Of a DNA stretch of 64,000 nt, positions 46,077 to 58,791 are shown one piece after another. The DNA is from the human T2T-CHM13v2.0 reference genome, Homo sapiens, in NCBI RefSeq assembly GCF_009914755.1, contig NC_060929.1; one strand, 5' to 3'. Each line of letters begins with the position of its first letter. Position 1 is the first letter of the stretch. Below the pieces are notes generated by a model. The model was not told where the DNA came from and searched no databases. It saw nothing but the letters and a program-made list of their open reading frames with translations. The translations under genes were made by a program, and so were the position numbers.

Positions 46077-49000
46077 CTATAGACTCTATTCATCTCCTAC
46101 CTCTCCCACCAACACCCTAGGGTGGACTCCAGTTATCTCTGGCCTGGACCACAAACTTCTTCCTAACTTGTCTATCTCCTTCCAGATTCACATTATAGTC
46201 ATCCTGCACACCAGGGCCAGAATAATCCTAAAACGTAGATCAAATTACCTTATATTTCTACTCTGTTTACAGAATAAAATCCAAACTTCTTAGTAAGGTA
46301 ATGAATCTGCTCTGACCTACTTTTTCTCTCTTAAACTCAACTACATTTTTCTCTTGCCCTTCATGTTAAGCAGAACAGGGTCTTTATGGCAATTCTTGGA
46401 GCTTGCCCTAGCTACCACTCTTCTTTGCTTACCTATGCCATTGTTTCTGCTGGAGATGTGGTCCCCATCCAGTTTCTGTCTGCTAAAATCTTGCTAAAAT
46501 CCTTTAAGACCCAAGGATTTTAGACCAATAACATATAGGATCCCTGTGAAGGAAAGAAACTCATGCCATTTGTTTAACAATCTAGTTACTATGAAACCAG
46601 CAGCCAAATGCCCTTTCTGTAGAGGTCAATTCAAGGTGATAATTTTATTCATGAATCTTCAAGGAGCTTATAGCTTAATTAATAAAATTCCCTTTTCTTA
46701 TATCCTGAATTAAACCATGCAAATGCCAGTTTTGGTCTTTGCTGGCAAAGTATTAGTGGCAACTCTTAAACCAGTTCTTCCTGAAGATTTAACATTGGCT
46801 CTCAAGAGCCATAGTACTGCCACAGAAAAAAATAGGAAGGAAGGAAAGAAGGAAGGAGATAAAAAAAGACAGAGATAGCAATCCTCGCTGGTAACCTGAC
46901 CCGAGTTATGCTGTGTTTTCCAGCTTTAATTTGCTCTAAAGACATGGACATTAATTTATTATATTCTACTCCAGAACTGCGGTAAATTTGTGCATAAGTT
47001 ATAGGAAATTCTGTATGGAGCTGAGGTATGCAGGACAGTCAGATGTTGGGTTATATACATGTTGTTTTCTTTATTGTAAGACTTAGTTCATCTTCAGTGT
47101 AGGAATGTCCATAATATCACATTTTAGGGACATTTTCTCAAACAATCTAAAATACATTTGGCCCAATCTAGCAAATGGTGGGCTGGATCTAGTGCCGGGC
47201 TCCTAAGCTTCTCTGTTGCAGAGAAAAGGGTCATCACAAATTGTTAAAAGTGACCTAGCCTTAGTTCAGCTGAAATTCTCATTTTCCTCTCTCTGCTGGC
47301 TTTATCACCAATTACCTAATAAGCCTTATGAACACAGCTTCTGTAATTTTTCACAAGTGCAAATGGAGCAAATGGAAAGGCTGAATCTGGTGATTGTCCT
47401 TGGTAAGCTTTTCTGTAAGTCATTCCAAGAATTCTACGCCCCTTTCCTTTTAAATTCTTTTCTTGAACATGTTCCAATCCTTCACATATGTTCTTTCTTT
47501 CTCTTCCCAATTCTGGTGCCAAGCTTCCCTGTCTATCTTTTTAGGCAATCTGGCTACTACTTTTCTCAGGGAGGAACACCCTCCGTTGCATTGAGCAACT
47601 GGGCATCTGAATAAACTTTCCAAACACTGAAGGATGGGGCACAAACTTGACTTTACTTGATAAAAAGCATTTTAAAATCAAGCACAGACTGAAAATGGGT
47701 CTAAGTTAAAAGTCAGTAGGATTAATTTATTTAAATTAAACTTGGCTACATTTTAAAAGTGGAGCAAATAGAATCTGCTAAAGCAAACCTCACTGTTTTA
47801 CTTAATAAACATGTCCAACAGTGGTGGCAGTGCTGTGCTGGCAGGTCTGGATGCTCAAGTGGTGGCTTAAGAACAGTCTTCTGCATTTATAAGGCAGATT
47901 ATTGAAAACACATACAAAATATGGGCAGGCAAAAAAAGAAAGAGAAAAAAGCAGAGTATGAGTCTTTTCTGTGTCTTAAACTATAATGAATCAAATGCTA
48001 AAAAGTTCACCTGGTAGAAAAAAAGGATAAGGCAAGGAAGTCACTTACCCTCTGACCTATGGACTCAGTGATTTAACAAAAGGTCAAGTAACACATTGAA
48101 GGGAGCTACTATGAAGGACAATAATTTTGGAGGCTTAAATAAGAACTTATGCTTTGTAAATAGCATCTAAAATTATGAAAAATTAAATGGCAATATATAT
48201 GTACAAATTTTAAAAACATTATCACTTTCCTAGAAGACACTAACAAAGGCAGAAAAATGTATTTCAATCCAATGGAGTTGACAAGAGAAAGTGTTAGCAG
48301 AATCCCACTTAAAGGCATCTGCTTTCTGATCTTCAGGGATAGAGCAGGAGTAGCCCCTGCCCCCAAACACAACTATGCAAGACTGTTTATGTAATAGTCA
48401 GCAAACATGGTAGTATTATTTGAGCCACCACCTTTGAAACTTTGAGTAAACATTTTTTAAAAACTAAACTGACAGGCTCAGCAACAAAATCTGAAAATAA
48501 TGCTTTGATATAGTTTTTGTTATAAAAGTAAGTTACTCAAACATCAAAATAAAGCCAGCAGCATTACTGAGGAACCTAGCTAAAATGTATTTTTAAATGT
48601 TGGATTTTAATTTTAAATATAGTTTTCCATTTGGGGGAAATATGTAATTACAGTAATATATGCTCATTTAAAATATGTAGAGCTTATGTAGACCACACAA
48701 TCACAGATAACAATTTAAAATGACTATAAAGTTGTAATTTGTGATTTTATTTATTTAGCAACTTTTCTCCTCATTCAAAATAATCTACATTTTAAAAGGT
48801 TAATATTGTAGATATCTGTATTATCATGTCTAAATTTTTCTGCCAATCATGAAAATAACTTTCCAGTTAACATGATACACAATCAACTTGAAACCATTTC
48901 TGTATTCAAAGTGAGTAGCAAAACAACTTTTACAAGATATTTACTCCAACTATAACTCTCATTGCTGGACTCACAATGCCCCTCTGCCTGTTTAGAAAGG

Positions 49001-52000
49001 CTCCCAAGATCACTTCTCTAAAAATAGGGAACCTGAATAATGAAGGTCAAGTAGGATTATGTGTCTTTTGAAACAGTGAGGAATTGTAATTTGAAAAAAA
49101 ACAAGATTTCAAAATTTTCATCAAATATTCTGTTTCCACAAACCCTTAGAACGCTGTAAATTTGCTCAATTACATCTAAAGAAGTTCTCTGTTCTGCCTA
49201 AATCATAGCTTCCTAAAATTTTTAAATTCACTTCTCTGAAGCCTTACGTCAAAGTGGGTTAATTTAGAAGGGTAACTCCAATAGACAAAATAATTTGGAC
49301 AAAAAAAGAATTCTCTGATGCTTAATTTAGCAAATTAACCTGTTGAAATTTCTGGCTCTTAGTCATTAGAAGAGAAGGAGTAATAGTCATCACTTTACAT
49401 AGGCCAGAGCTGCTTAGAGGCTACCTGCCATCAAGTACCCTCCTATATGAGTACAGGAATGGTGGCGGACAGTTTTATATGAGAAATTAAAACCATTTTC
49501 CCCCCAGAGAGAACAGGTTTGACCACTAGAAACCTCTTCCCAATTAGCCAATCCATGTGAACATGTTCCCAAACAGCAGCTTCAATTTAAAGTCATGAGC
49601 CCTATTTCTAATAACGATGGAAGACAAGAAAGACCAAATTAATATCCTTCCACTGGAGGATAAAAGCTCAGCCAGATGCCTACTGCTAGCAACTCTTACT
49701 GTGCCCATAGAGGTACACTGGTCTGGCTGAGTCAGGAGGAGGGGCACTGAGGACACACAGGTGGGTGGAGCCTGCAGTAAGTACCAACGGTACATTCAGT
49801 CACCAGAAAGGTATCTATCTCATTTTTTTGGTTTCTTCCCAGTTTTCATCCAACTGAGGTTGACAGTTTCACTCCAATTCCTGCTTGCTTGTCCACACCC
49901 CTTAAAAAGTGTTTCCATGGCTGAGCTGACAGTGAGTCCTGATAGGAGCTGGTTAAGGATGGTCAGCTTATGTACCATCCCCCGCATGCCACTGTTTCTA
50001 CCACCAGTTTTGCAGGAGAAAAGGAATCCTAGGACTAATACAAGCTACTTGGCTCCATGCTTTAAGGTAGAGAGATCTGGGAAAAAGTCTTCCTCCTTTC
50101 CCTTTGCTGCCTCTGTAGAGACCAACCAGACCCATAAATGGGCATGTACAGAAATGGAAAAAGTACTAGAAGCAGTCAGAAGCAAACAAAGACATTGACG
50201 ACTTTGGTACCTCTTAAAAAGTAATTTTTTTTTTTTAAATTAAGAACTAAGTGGTGGGTTGGCAGAGAAAGAATTTTTGATCTTCTGTCTCCTGGAAGCT
50301 ACTGGTATATAAATGCAGGGGCTTTTAGAGCACTGTAAACTTAATCCCAAATATGAAAACACTAGGGTATAGGAAGCAGAAATGAAGGCCATACAAAGGT
50401 AGGAAAACAAAGCACTCCCTTCTGGGGCCTCCAGTGGTCATGCAGATCATGACCAATTACTGTCACTTCGCTTTCCCTTCCCCAAGTGGACCTCCTCATC
50501 TGCCCACTTTCCCCACAAGTGTACACTGTCAATCTTGCTGTAATCAACTGTACAGTTGCCTGTTGTTTTCCCAAGGTAGCTGGCTGACCTACTGCCCCCA
50601 GAGATGCCTCTTCCCACCCACTGTGTGTCAAGTCTTTCTCTGCTCCTCGGGTCTGCTCCTGAATAGGGGCTGGCCGCCTCCTGCTGACTTCTTTTTCTCT
50701 GGGCCTCTGGGTTTTCTCTTCACATCCCCAGACCTACCTTCTTCCCACTGCCATTCCTTCCCACGCCCTTCCCTTGGAACAGGCAAGCTTATCTTTCCAT
50801 CTTGCAAGGCTGAGTTTCTCTCCAGAGTTTCTCTCCACTGTCTGCTTCTGTCCCTCTGCCTGTGTTTCTGGCTTCCCCCATATGGGCCTCCCACTCCGTC
50901 TGATGCTGGTCTCTTCACTGCAGGTGCACCTATCTAAGAGTAGCTATTGGCACATGCAGTTTTCTATTTCTTGTATCTCTCCCAGCCATTCTTGAGATTT
51001 TCTCTCGAGATTTCACTGTATGTAGGACGGTACCTTTCTCCCTGTGCATGCACTCCTCCCTGACGCCCCCTCACCCCACCACACAAAGTCTGTGAGTCCT
51101 TTTCACCATATGCTTCTCTGGTTAGTAACACAAGTGTCCTAGCACGTACATTCATGTGTCCACCCAATTCTGTGAGTACCTTCCTAACAATACACTCACC
51201 TCTGAGCCTCCACTGCTGTTTACAAATACCCTATCATGTGAGTTCATTTTCTATCCAAAGCGTGCACAACTAATGCCTTCCTCTGTGTGCACACTTATGG
51301 GGTGGGGGGGCTCTCTGAATACACTCCCAGTAAACCAGGGTTCACACCTCTCCTGCCGCTCTGCCTCAGACTCTGCCTTCGCTCTATGTATTTAAAGTGC
51401 CTGGCACTAGTGGGAGCTCAACAGATGTCAATTCTTTTCCCCACTTTTAGCTGAATAACTATGTGAATCTGTGTCTCGGTGTCCTTCTGCCCCTCTGTCT
51501 GTTGTACGAGACCGGTTGGAGTGTGTTCCTCAGTACCGAACGGGCTATTTGTAAGATGCCCCGTGGGTTCTATCTCCCTTCCGACTCTCTCCTCTCCTGT
51601 AAAACGTTACAGGTTCCCCCATATGGCATATCCCTCCCTCACGCGATGTATCCACTCCGGTCTCCCACAGTACTGCATGTCCATAAACTGTTTCCCCATG
51701 CACCCTGGTTACCGCGTCCCTTCTCGGTGCTTCCCTGTCTCTCCCATTTTTTTTCCAACATGAAAGCGTCTGGATTTGTAGTCCAATTACAGTGTATGTG
51801 CGCCTATCTGAGCCTCTCTCTGTACTGGAGGGGTGTGTGTGTATATGTGTGTGTGTGTGTCCATGGGCTTCTCTCGAAAACGAGGGGTGAGAGGCCCGAG
51901 TCTCTGCCCGGGATGCATTGTATCCTCCCCACACCTTCTGGCTCTGGCTCGTTCCCCGTTTACACTTCCCAGAGTCAGCCCAAGACGCCGGGAGCTTTTT

Positions 52001-52895
52001 CGGGTACGTTGAGCGTCCGTGAACCTCTCTCTCCAGAACCCGATGTCTTGCTCCCGGGGAGCGCTAAGTGTGCGTGAGTCCTCAGGTCTCTCCCCAGGGC
52101 ACTGTGTTGGTTTGTGTCCGTCCTGGACGCGGCGCGTCTCCAGTAACGCGATGCGCCGGTGTCCCGGAGTCCCTGGGAATGCAGGTGTGTCCCCTCCCCC
52201 CCCGTACGCGAAGCGCCAGTGTCCCCGCCGTTCCAGTGTGCGCCGCCCCCTTACACGGACTGCCTAAGTCCCTATCTCTATGAGTACACCGTGTGCCCCT
52301 CACCATGCGCCCGAGTCCCCATCCCTTCGAGCACACAGTGTGTCCCCTGATACGTGGAGCGCCTGTGTCCCCAAGTCCCTGGGAATACAAGGTCCCACCC
52401 CCACACGCGGAGCGCCTGTGTCCTGTCTCTGAGGATCCACCGTGCCTATGTAACTGGAAAACGCGGGCAGCTGGTGCCCGCGAGTCGTCCCTGGTTCCTT
52501 GCCCATACGCTGCTCGCTACCCTCCTTCCCCGCCGAGGGTAGCGTGGTCATCTCACTTCTCTTATCGGGGCCTCTCTCCCTCCTTGGGACCCAACAAGCC
52601 AGGAAATCCTCGGGGGCCGTCGGAAAGTCCCGCAGCGGCAGCGCAGCCGACCCAGGGCTGCGGCTGCCTCGGCCCCGCCGCCAGGGGCCGCCCGACTGCC
52701 CGCTTCCCCAACGCCCAGGCTAGCCCGGGACCGCGGCGTCAGCCACCCTGCCCGGCCCTGCCCTGCCTGGCCGCTGCGGGCGCTGACGGTAGCAGCTGCC
52801 AGCCACGGCTCCGCCGGCCCCGCACCCGGGCGCGGCCAGGCCGTGAGGGGTGCGCTCTGCCTCTCTGAGCCCAGCCTGCCGGCCGGCCCGCTCAC

Positions 52896-53042
52896 CTTGT
52901 GGCTCTGGTAAGTCTCGAGCGCCCGGATCGCCGTCTCGGTGAGCTTCACATGCAGTACGGTGATGTTGTCCTGCCCCAGCCGTCCGCACGACAGCCCATA
53001 GCGCTGCTCCTCCCGCAGGCCCCCTGTCCCCCCCGCCGCCAT
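52896..53042 (-). CDS. ELL2: ELL2 coding exon 1 (49 codons)
   Basis: Translates to [49 protein letters not shown], recognised as the ELL2 N-terminus. Start context AAGATGG. Ends at donor AAG|GTGAGC (phase 0). Lies in a CpG island. Confidence 0.97.
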
Positions 53043-53043
53043 C

Positions 53044-53145
53044 TTAAACTCCCCGGGGTGCCGCCGCCGCCGCCGCTCCGGCTCTAGCCTCCACTGCGGC
53101 CGCGGCTGCTTGGGCTTCTGCAGCCGCCGCCACTGCTAGGGCCAT
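53044..53145 (-). other. Upstream ORF, 33 aa, [33 protein letters not shown]
   Basis: ATG in GGGATGG context; TAA at 53044-53046 separated by one base from the ELL2 ATG. Translation and inclusion in the mRNA are not shown by the sequence. Confidence 0.55.
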
Positions 53146-53149
53146 CCCG

Positions 53150-53445
53150 CTGCTGACGTACTGTCATATACTGCGCGGAGCCAGACCTCGGACTGCCACC
53201 GCCGCCACCCGCCCCACCCTCCGGCCCCGCGCCCCGCCCCGGGCTCGTCTCATTGGTCTTGTTCCCTTCAGAACCGCCCTCATCGGCCGCCCTCCACTCT
53301 CACGGGGGCGGGCCCAAAGTCACTAGAGTTTTGCTCCTGGGACGGGACGTCCGAGAGGTAAGAGGCTGACGTCTAGGTGACGCGCCAACTTAATCATGTC
53401 TGACGTCACGTCTGGTCGTCTTGGCTAGCCGGCCGAGATTGGCCA
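53150..53445. promoter_or_regulatory. ELL2: ELL2 core/proximal promoter: CRE sites, GC boxes, CCAAT boxes
   Basis: Full CRE TGACGTCA at 53401-53408; TGACG half-sites at ~53154, ~53367 and ~53378; CCGCCC GC boxes at ~53209-53240 and ~53274; ATTGG (CCAAT on minus) at ~53252 and ~53438. Confidence 0.75.
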
Positions 53446-56400
53446 GGCTGGCTTGGGGACTCCCCTGCTAATTGGAAGTCCAGGTTGCCTGGTCTGGTTA
53501 CCTGGAGTTGGAGCCCCGCCCCTGTGGGGGATAGTAGTGAAAAGTCAGAATTGGGGAATCTCGCCCTACGCGGGTGGTCCTTGGAGAGGAGGATCTCCAC
53601 CTCCACTATGTAAGGGGATGGCCGTGACCAAATAAGGACTTTGTTCCCCGACGGCTGCGGAAGCTGTGGAACTTGGTGCGTGCGTGTGGGGGAGGACGCA
53701 GCAGGAGGACTCGCTAGAGAGCTGCTCCTCAAAACTCCTAGTACTGTAGTTGAGCAAACGGCATTGGGAGGAAACTGCTCACTCTAAACTTGAAGTTATC
53801 GGGTGCCACACGCAGAGCTTATAAAAACAAAAACAAAAACAAAAACCCTTGAAATTAGTGAGTCGACTCTTAGATGTAGGAGTTGTGTTAGATCTTGTGG
53901 AGCATCTTAAGGACAAAATCACGCGGGAGGTTAAATGCCTTTCGTATGGTGGGCATGGTATAATAGAGAATTGAGCTTCGAGGTCTTTCCTACGCCATGC
54001 CCTGTTGTGATTCTCTGGGATCACAACTGGTGGGGATGATATCTCCTTAAAAAGGACTCTAGAAGAAGAGTAAAACTGGCATTGATCTAAATTAAAAGAA
54101 ACCTCGACAATTCTCATTCTCTAATTCAGTTTGAGTATTGTCCTTTTTATTTGATAGGGCTGTGTGAAAACCTAGCTAGGGTTTAAAGGTAAGAGGCTGT
54201 CGAGGTTAAGCGAAGGAGATGGGGGCGTGAGGGGCGTGCAAAGGCCTGGCATACTTTCCATTCCATCCACAGGATGCTTCCTGTGTAGGCGTGGCTAAAA
54301 GAGGGAGCCTAATCTGGAGTCCCTTTCAGATTGTGTGTGGATAGACTGACAGATGGGTTCCTGTCAGAGGATGGATTAATTGGTTGATCAGAAACACCAG
54401 ATAAAACAAACCATTGAAAGCTTTCAAACTGTTGAAAGGCAGTTTAAAAAAGTTCTTTTAATAAAAAAACTGAGACGCTTGTTTTTACCCTCAGCTTATA
54501 AAACCATGTTCTGTTCTACTGGGATTCCCCGGGAAAGTTTATAGATATTTAATCAGTATTTTTCATTATTTTAAATGGATTAGGGCCATGATTCCATGTC
54601 CTCCCCTCCCAATAAATGCCTTCCCCACCGTACGGGTACACTCCTTTTTGATTCAGACCTTCAAACATAGTAGGTGTATAATGTGAATTACAGAATGAAT
54701 TGGATTAAGTGGAAACACCTGTATTAAGTGTTACTCCATCACAGGAAAACAGTTTGTAAATTGACTTAATTTCAATCCACTAAGATTGGCTAGCTGTTAA
54801 GACGTGATTAACGCTTGCTAATTTCATTTACTTTAGTGATACAGTGTTATCTTAAATTCATGTAGTAGAGATATTAAGGTAATCATCAAATTGGATTAAA
54901 AAGTTTACTCTTAGAAGGGAAATAGAGGCTTTACTACCTAGTTTTCTCCGCTTTCCAAAAGTAGAAACCTTATTCAAATAGTTCATCTCTAAGCGGACTA
55001 TAATCTAAAAATAATTCTGTACTTGAACTTTTCTTTTCTCTCTCTCTTTTTTTTTTTTTTTTTTTGATAGTAAAGGACTGAGCACATAGCTAAAGCCTTA
55101 ATTATTTGGGAGGTGAGGGGGAAGGGAGGTTTGACCGGAACAAGTAAAACCTGTATCCCACTGCTTTTCCGGTGAATGTGGGTAAATCCCCACCCACATG
55201 ATATCCTAACTTGGCCTACTCTTACTCAGAATTTCTGATGACATCCAAGCGGGTGGGGGAGGAGTAAGGATGGTTTTCGTTGTAGTTTTCAAATATCTGA
55301 CCTGTAGCTTCTTACTAGTAATTGACTTTTTTTAAAAATTATAATAGGAAAATTTTTCTCATGCCCTATTTTAGTGGGTAACAAATCTTTCACGGATTAA
55401 TATATTATTGTAGTGAGTTAATGGTTGTTTGTATTTTTCCCCTTTTGAGCTTTTCAACTGTGGAAGGAGGAAATGATCAAGTACAAAGTAATATGGTAAT
55501 CTAGCAGTGTCTTTTCATTGATGTCTCACAGGCATAGTACACATTACGCCTGCCTGAATCAGATGGTCAAGTTATGATGCTGGTTAGGATAATTTATTTT
55601 GAGGAGGCTGATGAAAGGTGCTTTTTGGGAAGGTTGCCATTTTATACATATTTTCTGTATCTTTATCTGGTTTAAATAATTAAATAATCATTGAATACCA
55701 GTTAAGTATAACATGCGGTAGAGGATTTAAAAATTAAACTGTAAAGTCTCTAGAGGAATTTTCTGTTTCAGTGTGGCAAGTGAACCAGTATAGTCAAAGC
55801 AAAGCAATTAGAAAATTAGTAAATGCTAATTTGGACGGTGTTGGTGATAAGCTCAAAAATTCAAAGAAAGGAGAAGTCTGAAGAGGTTTAATGGAGGTGA
55901 TAGAACTTGAACAGCTCTTGAGGGTTGAGTAGATTCTAGATAAGTTGGAGGTGGTATAGATGGAGACAGCCCAACTAAAAATGATCTTCATGATGATTCC
56001 AGGTGGACACATTAGTTTTATGAAGGAGGAACTGAGACCCCCATTTATTTAAAAGCAACCTGCCTAACATAACCAGGAGAGGCAGGGTCGGAATCAGCTC
56101 TTTAAATGTCCTTCCAGTCCTTATATACACTGAGTAGCTATGGATTAGATTTAATAACTGAGAAGAAATCTGTCATATAAGACAGTTCAGTGCAGGAAAA
56201 AGGCTAAAAGGAATTTGATGCAGGGCCTGCTCCATCTCTCATGTCTAGTATACAGTGCTGGCAAAGGATATGTGACTATCAAGGCCTTCTCTGGCATTCA
56301 AATGCTGGGCCACCCCTCATTCCAGGTTGCTGCATATTTAATGACTGTTTCTCACATCTTTGGTACAGAGGTCACCAATTCAGATGCCTTCAGGGACCAC

Positions 56401-58581
56401 TGGATATCCAAATGAGTGAAAGAGGGCAGATACAATGTCATAGGGACTGAAGATGCTGGACGGTAGTGAGCTGGGAGGTTTAAAGGGCTCAGTGATTTCT
56501 TGGTTCAGCTGATTGTTGCCAGGTGAACATAAGGTGGCCCAATGTTGCCAGATCTTCTGTTTTTTTTTAAAGCTGAGAAACAAAGATTTTTATGTAAATC
56601 TCCTAATATTTATTCTGTAACACTTAAGTTAAAAATTTTAATAAGCATTTTCTGGACACTAAAAAAGTTTTAGGCCAAAGTTAGCCCACAGGTTTCTAGT
56701 TTTCCAAATCTGCTGTAGTGACTGCCAATGCAGAAGGGCATTCTGTCTTATACCTGTATTAGCAGTTTTGCAGGTTATTTCTTAAACTCATCTATACAAA
56801 AAGTTAATTCTTATTAATGTCTTAATACAAGGCAATGGCTTCTGTTACAAAAAGAGAACATAGAACCTTATAGAGTTATAGCACAGAAGCTCTCTCAATG
56901 TAGAATTTCCAGAGAGAAAATCTTTCCCTTTTAAATTCTCTTCCCCAGTGCTGCTTGCTCCCTTGTGCAATGGTTGTGTTTGACCCAATCATTACACTGC
57001 TCTCCCTTCAAGACTTTGCCCAGCCATGTACTAAAATCTAAAATGTACTAAATTTCCTTGCCTTGGGCACAATTGAAGTGGAAGCTTGATAGTTTTAAAA
57101 GTACTTCAGCAGATATTCATAGAGAATAAAAGTAAGATACCTATAGTTAGGGCATAGATTTTGTTATGTAAATACAGGTTTTAAGTTGAATAATTTTTAT
57201 TGTATTGTGTGAATATTTACTCTAAGTACAAGAAATGTTACATTGCATTATTATTATTATCATCATCATCATTATTGCTAAATTTGGCTCTGAGTTCCCC
57301 ATCTGAGTAGTAGGACAGTTAATTTACAAGTCATACAAAGGCTCCAGAATATATGGGGAGGGCTCTCTAATCTAGGTCCATCTCTGCTGGTATAATCCTT
57401 TAGAGGCTCAAGAGTTTCTTTTTAGGAAGGGTTTGGGATGGAGCGCAACCTAGATAGAAGGAAATAGAGGACCTGAATTGAAAGTGTGTTTGTAGAGCAA
57501 ACATACTGTGTTTACTTATGTTGTGTATTTTTATGGGGGTAGGGTTAAGTGGCACTGATGGGGATTATGAGAAGGGAGGCTAAAACCCTCCCTAGCCTTG
57601 TAATATGATGATGGACCATGTCCATATGATTTTCTGAAAGGAATCGCTTATCTGAGAACTTTGCTGAAACTGGCAGCCCTGGGGTTCTAGCCTCAGCAAA
57701 GTCAAGCCTCCCTCCCCAGGTGTATACTTATTGAGGTACTGAAAGGACACTGGACTTGGGCTGTGCACTTCCTGGGGCTGGCAGCCTCTGCTTCTTCCCA
57801 GGATTAGGAGGTGTTATCCCATCTGGGGACATCTACCTGTACACTTTCTTAGTCTCCAAAGTTCCTTTCTCTTTCTAGAAGAGTCTGGTTATTTAAAAAA
57901 AAAAATTGTGATTTGGAAGTAAGGAAAGTCCCTCCTCCCTTCCAGTTCAAAGCCCTTCTTCACTCTTAATGGGGCTGAGTAGAAGGCTAGGTGGCCAGGG
58001 CTATCTCTCCTTTCACATGTATTGAATACACATGCACGTTAGCTTCCTAAGATGGAGATACTCAGTCTTCATTAATACCTTTTTAGCTTTTTTCCCCTCT
58101 CTCTATTCCTTGCCTTTCTCCACATTAAGAGCAGTCTCTAGAAAGTTGTATGTCCTTTGGAGGCAAAAGGACTCAGATTTGATTCCTCTAAACACCAAGA
58201 AAATTCTCCCCTTCTTCCCTGATTGAAGAAAATGTCCTGTCCACAGAACTGAACTATGTCCAGCATAGTGACCAAAGTGGCCATTCTCCCAGATGATAAT
58301 TGTTTTATGGCTATTCAGTGTAGTGCAGAGTGCCCTGAAAGATATCATATAGGCTCTGAAAAGGAGAAGAGTGGTAAAGAGTGACCTAACAACTCTTACC
58401 ATTTCCATGCTGTTTTGTACTAAAAAGGAGCAAATGTATTTCTGAATAAACTGAGGAGTTAGGAAGACATGGGGTGGGGAGGGAATGTTTGTTTAGCCTT
58501 TCACTTTTAAACATGCTAATAGTGGACCAAATGCCATCAGCCTCAAGAATGATTTTGATAATTAATAATAGCTTATTCTTG

Positions 58582-58742
58582 TCAGGTGCAGTTGTGTGAT
58601 ACTGTAGTCCCAGCTACTCAGGAGGCTGAGGCAGAAGGATTCTTTGAGTCCAGCAGTTTGAGGCTGCAGTCCACTATGATCCTTCCTATGAATAGACACT
58701 GCATTCCAGCCCAGACAATGTAGTGAGACCCTATCTTTAAAA

Positions 58743-58785
<43 letters not shown>

Positions 58786-58791
58786 GTAAAT
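58582..58791 (+). mobile_element. Alu right monomer (FRAM-like) with (TAAA)n tail
   Basis: ctgtagtcccagctactcaggaggctgagg...; its TSD agcttattcttg reappears after the LTR. Confidence 0.85.

Larger units (their letters stand above)
52000..53460. promoter_or_regulatory. ELL2: CpG island spanning ELL2 promoter, exon 1 and start of intron 1
   Basis: Very high GC and CpG density against the AT-rich, CpG-depleted background. Boundaries judged by eye. Confidence 0.9.

Noticed and set aside
52548-53042. 164-aa ORF starting at the ELL2 ATG
   Set aside because: Only the first 49 codons are ELL2. The rest is read-through past the GTGAGC donor into GC-rich, stop-poor intron.
51463-53757. Many overlapping 60-200 aa ORFs on both strands
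   Set aside because: Expected in a GC-rich CpG island; no recognisable domains or exon structure.
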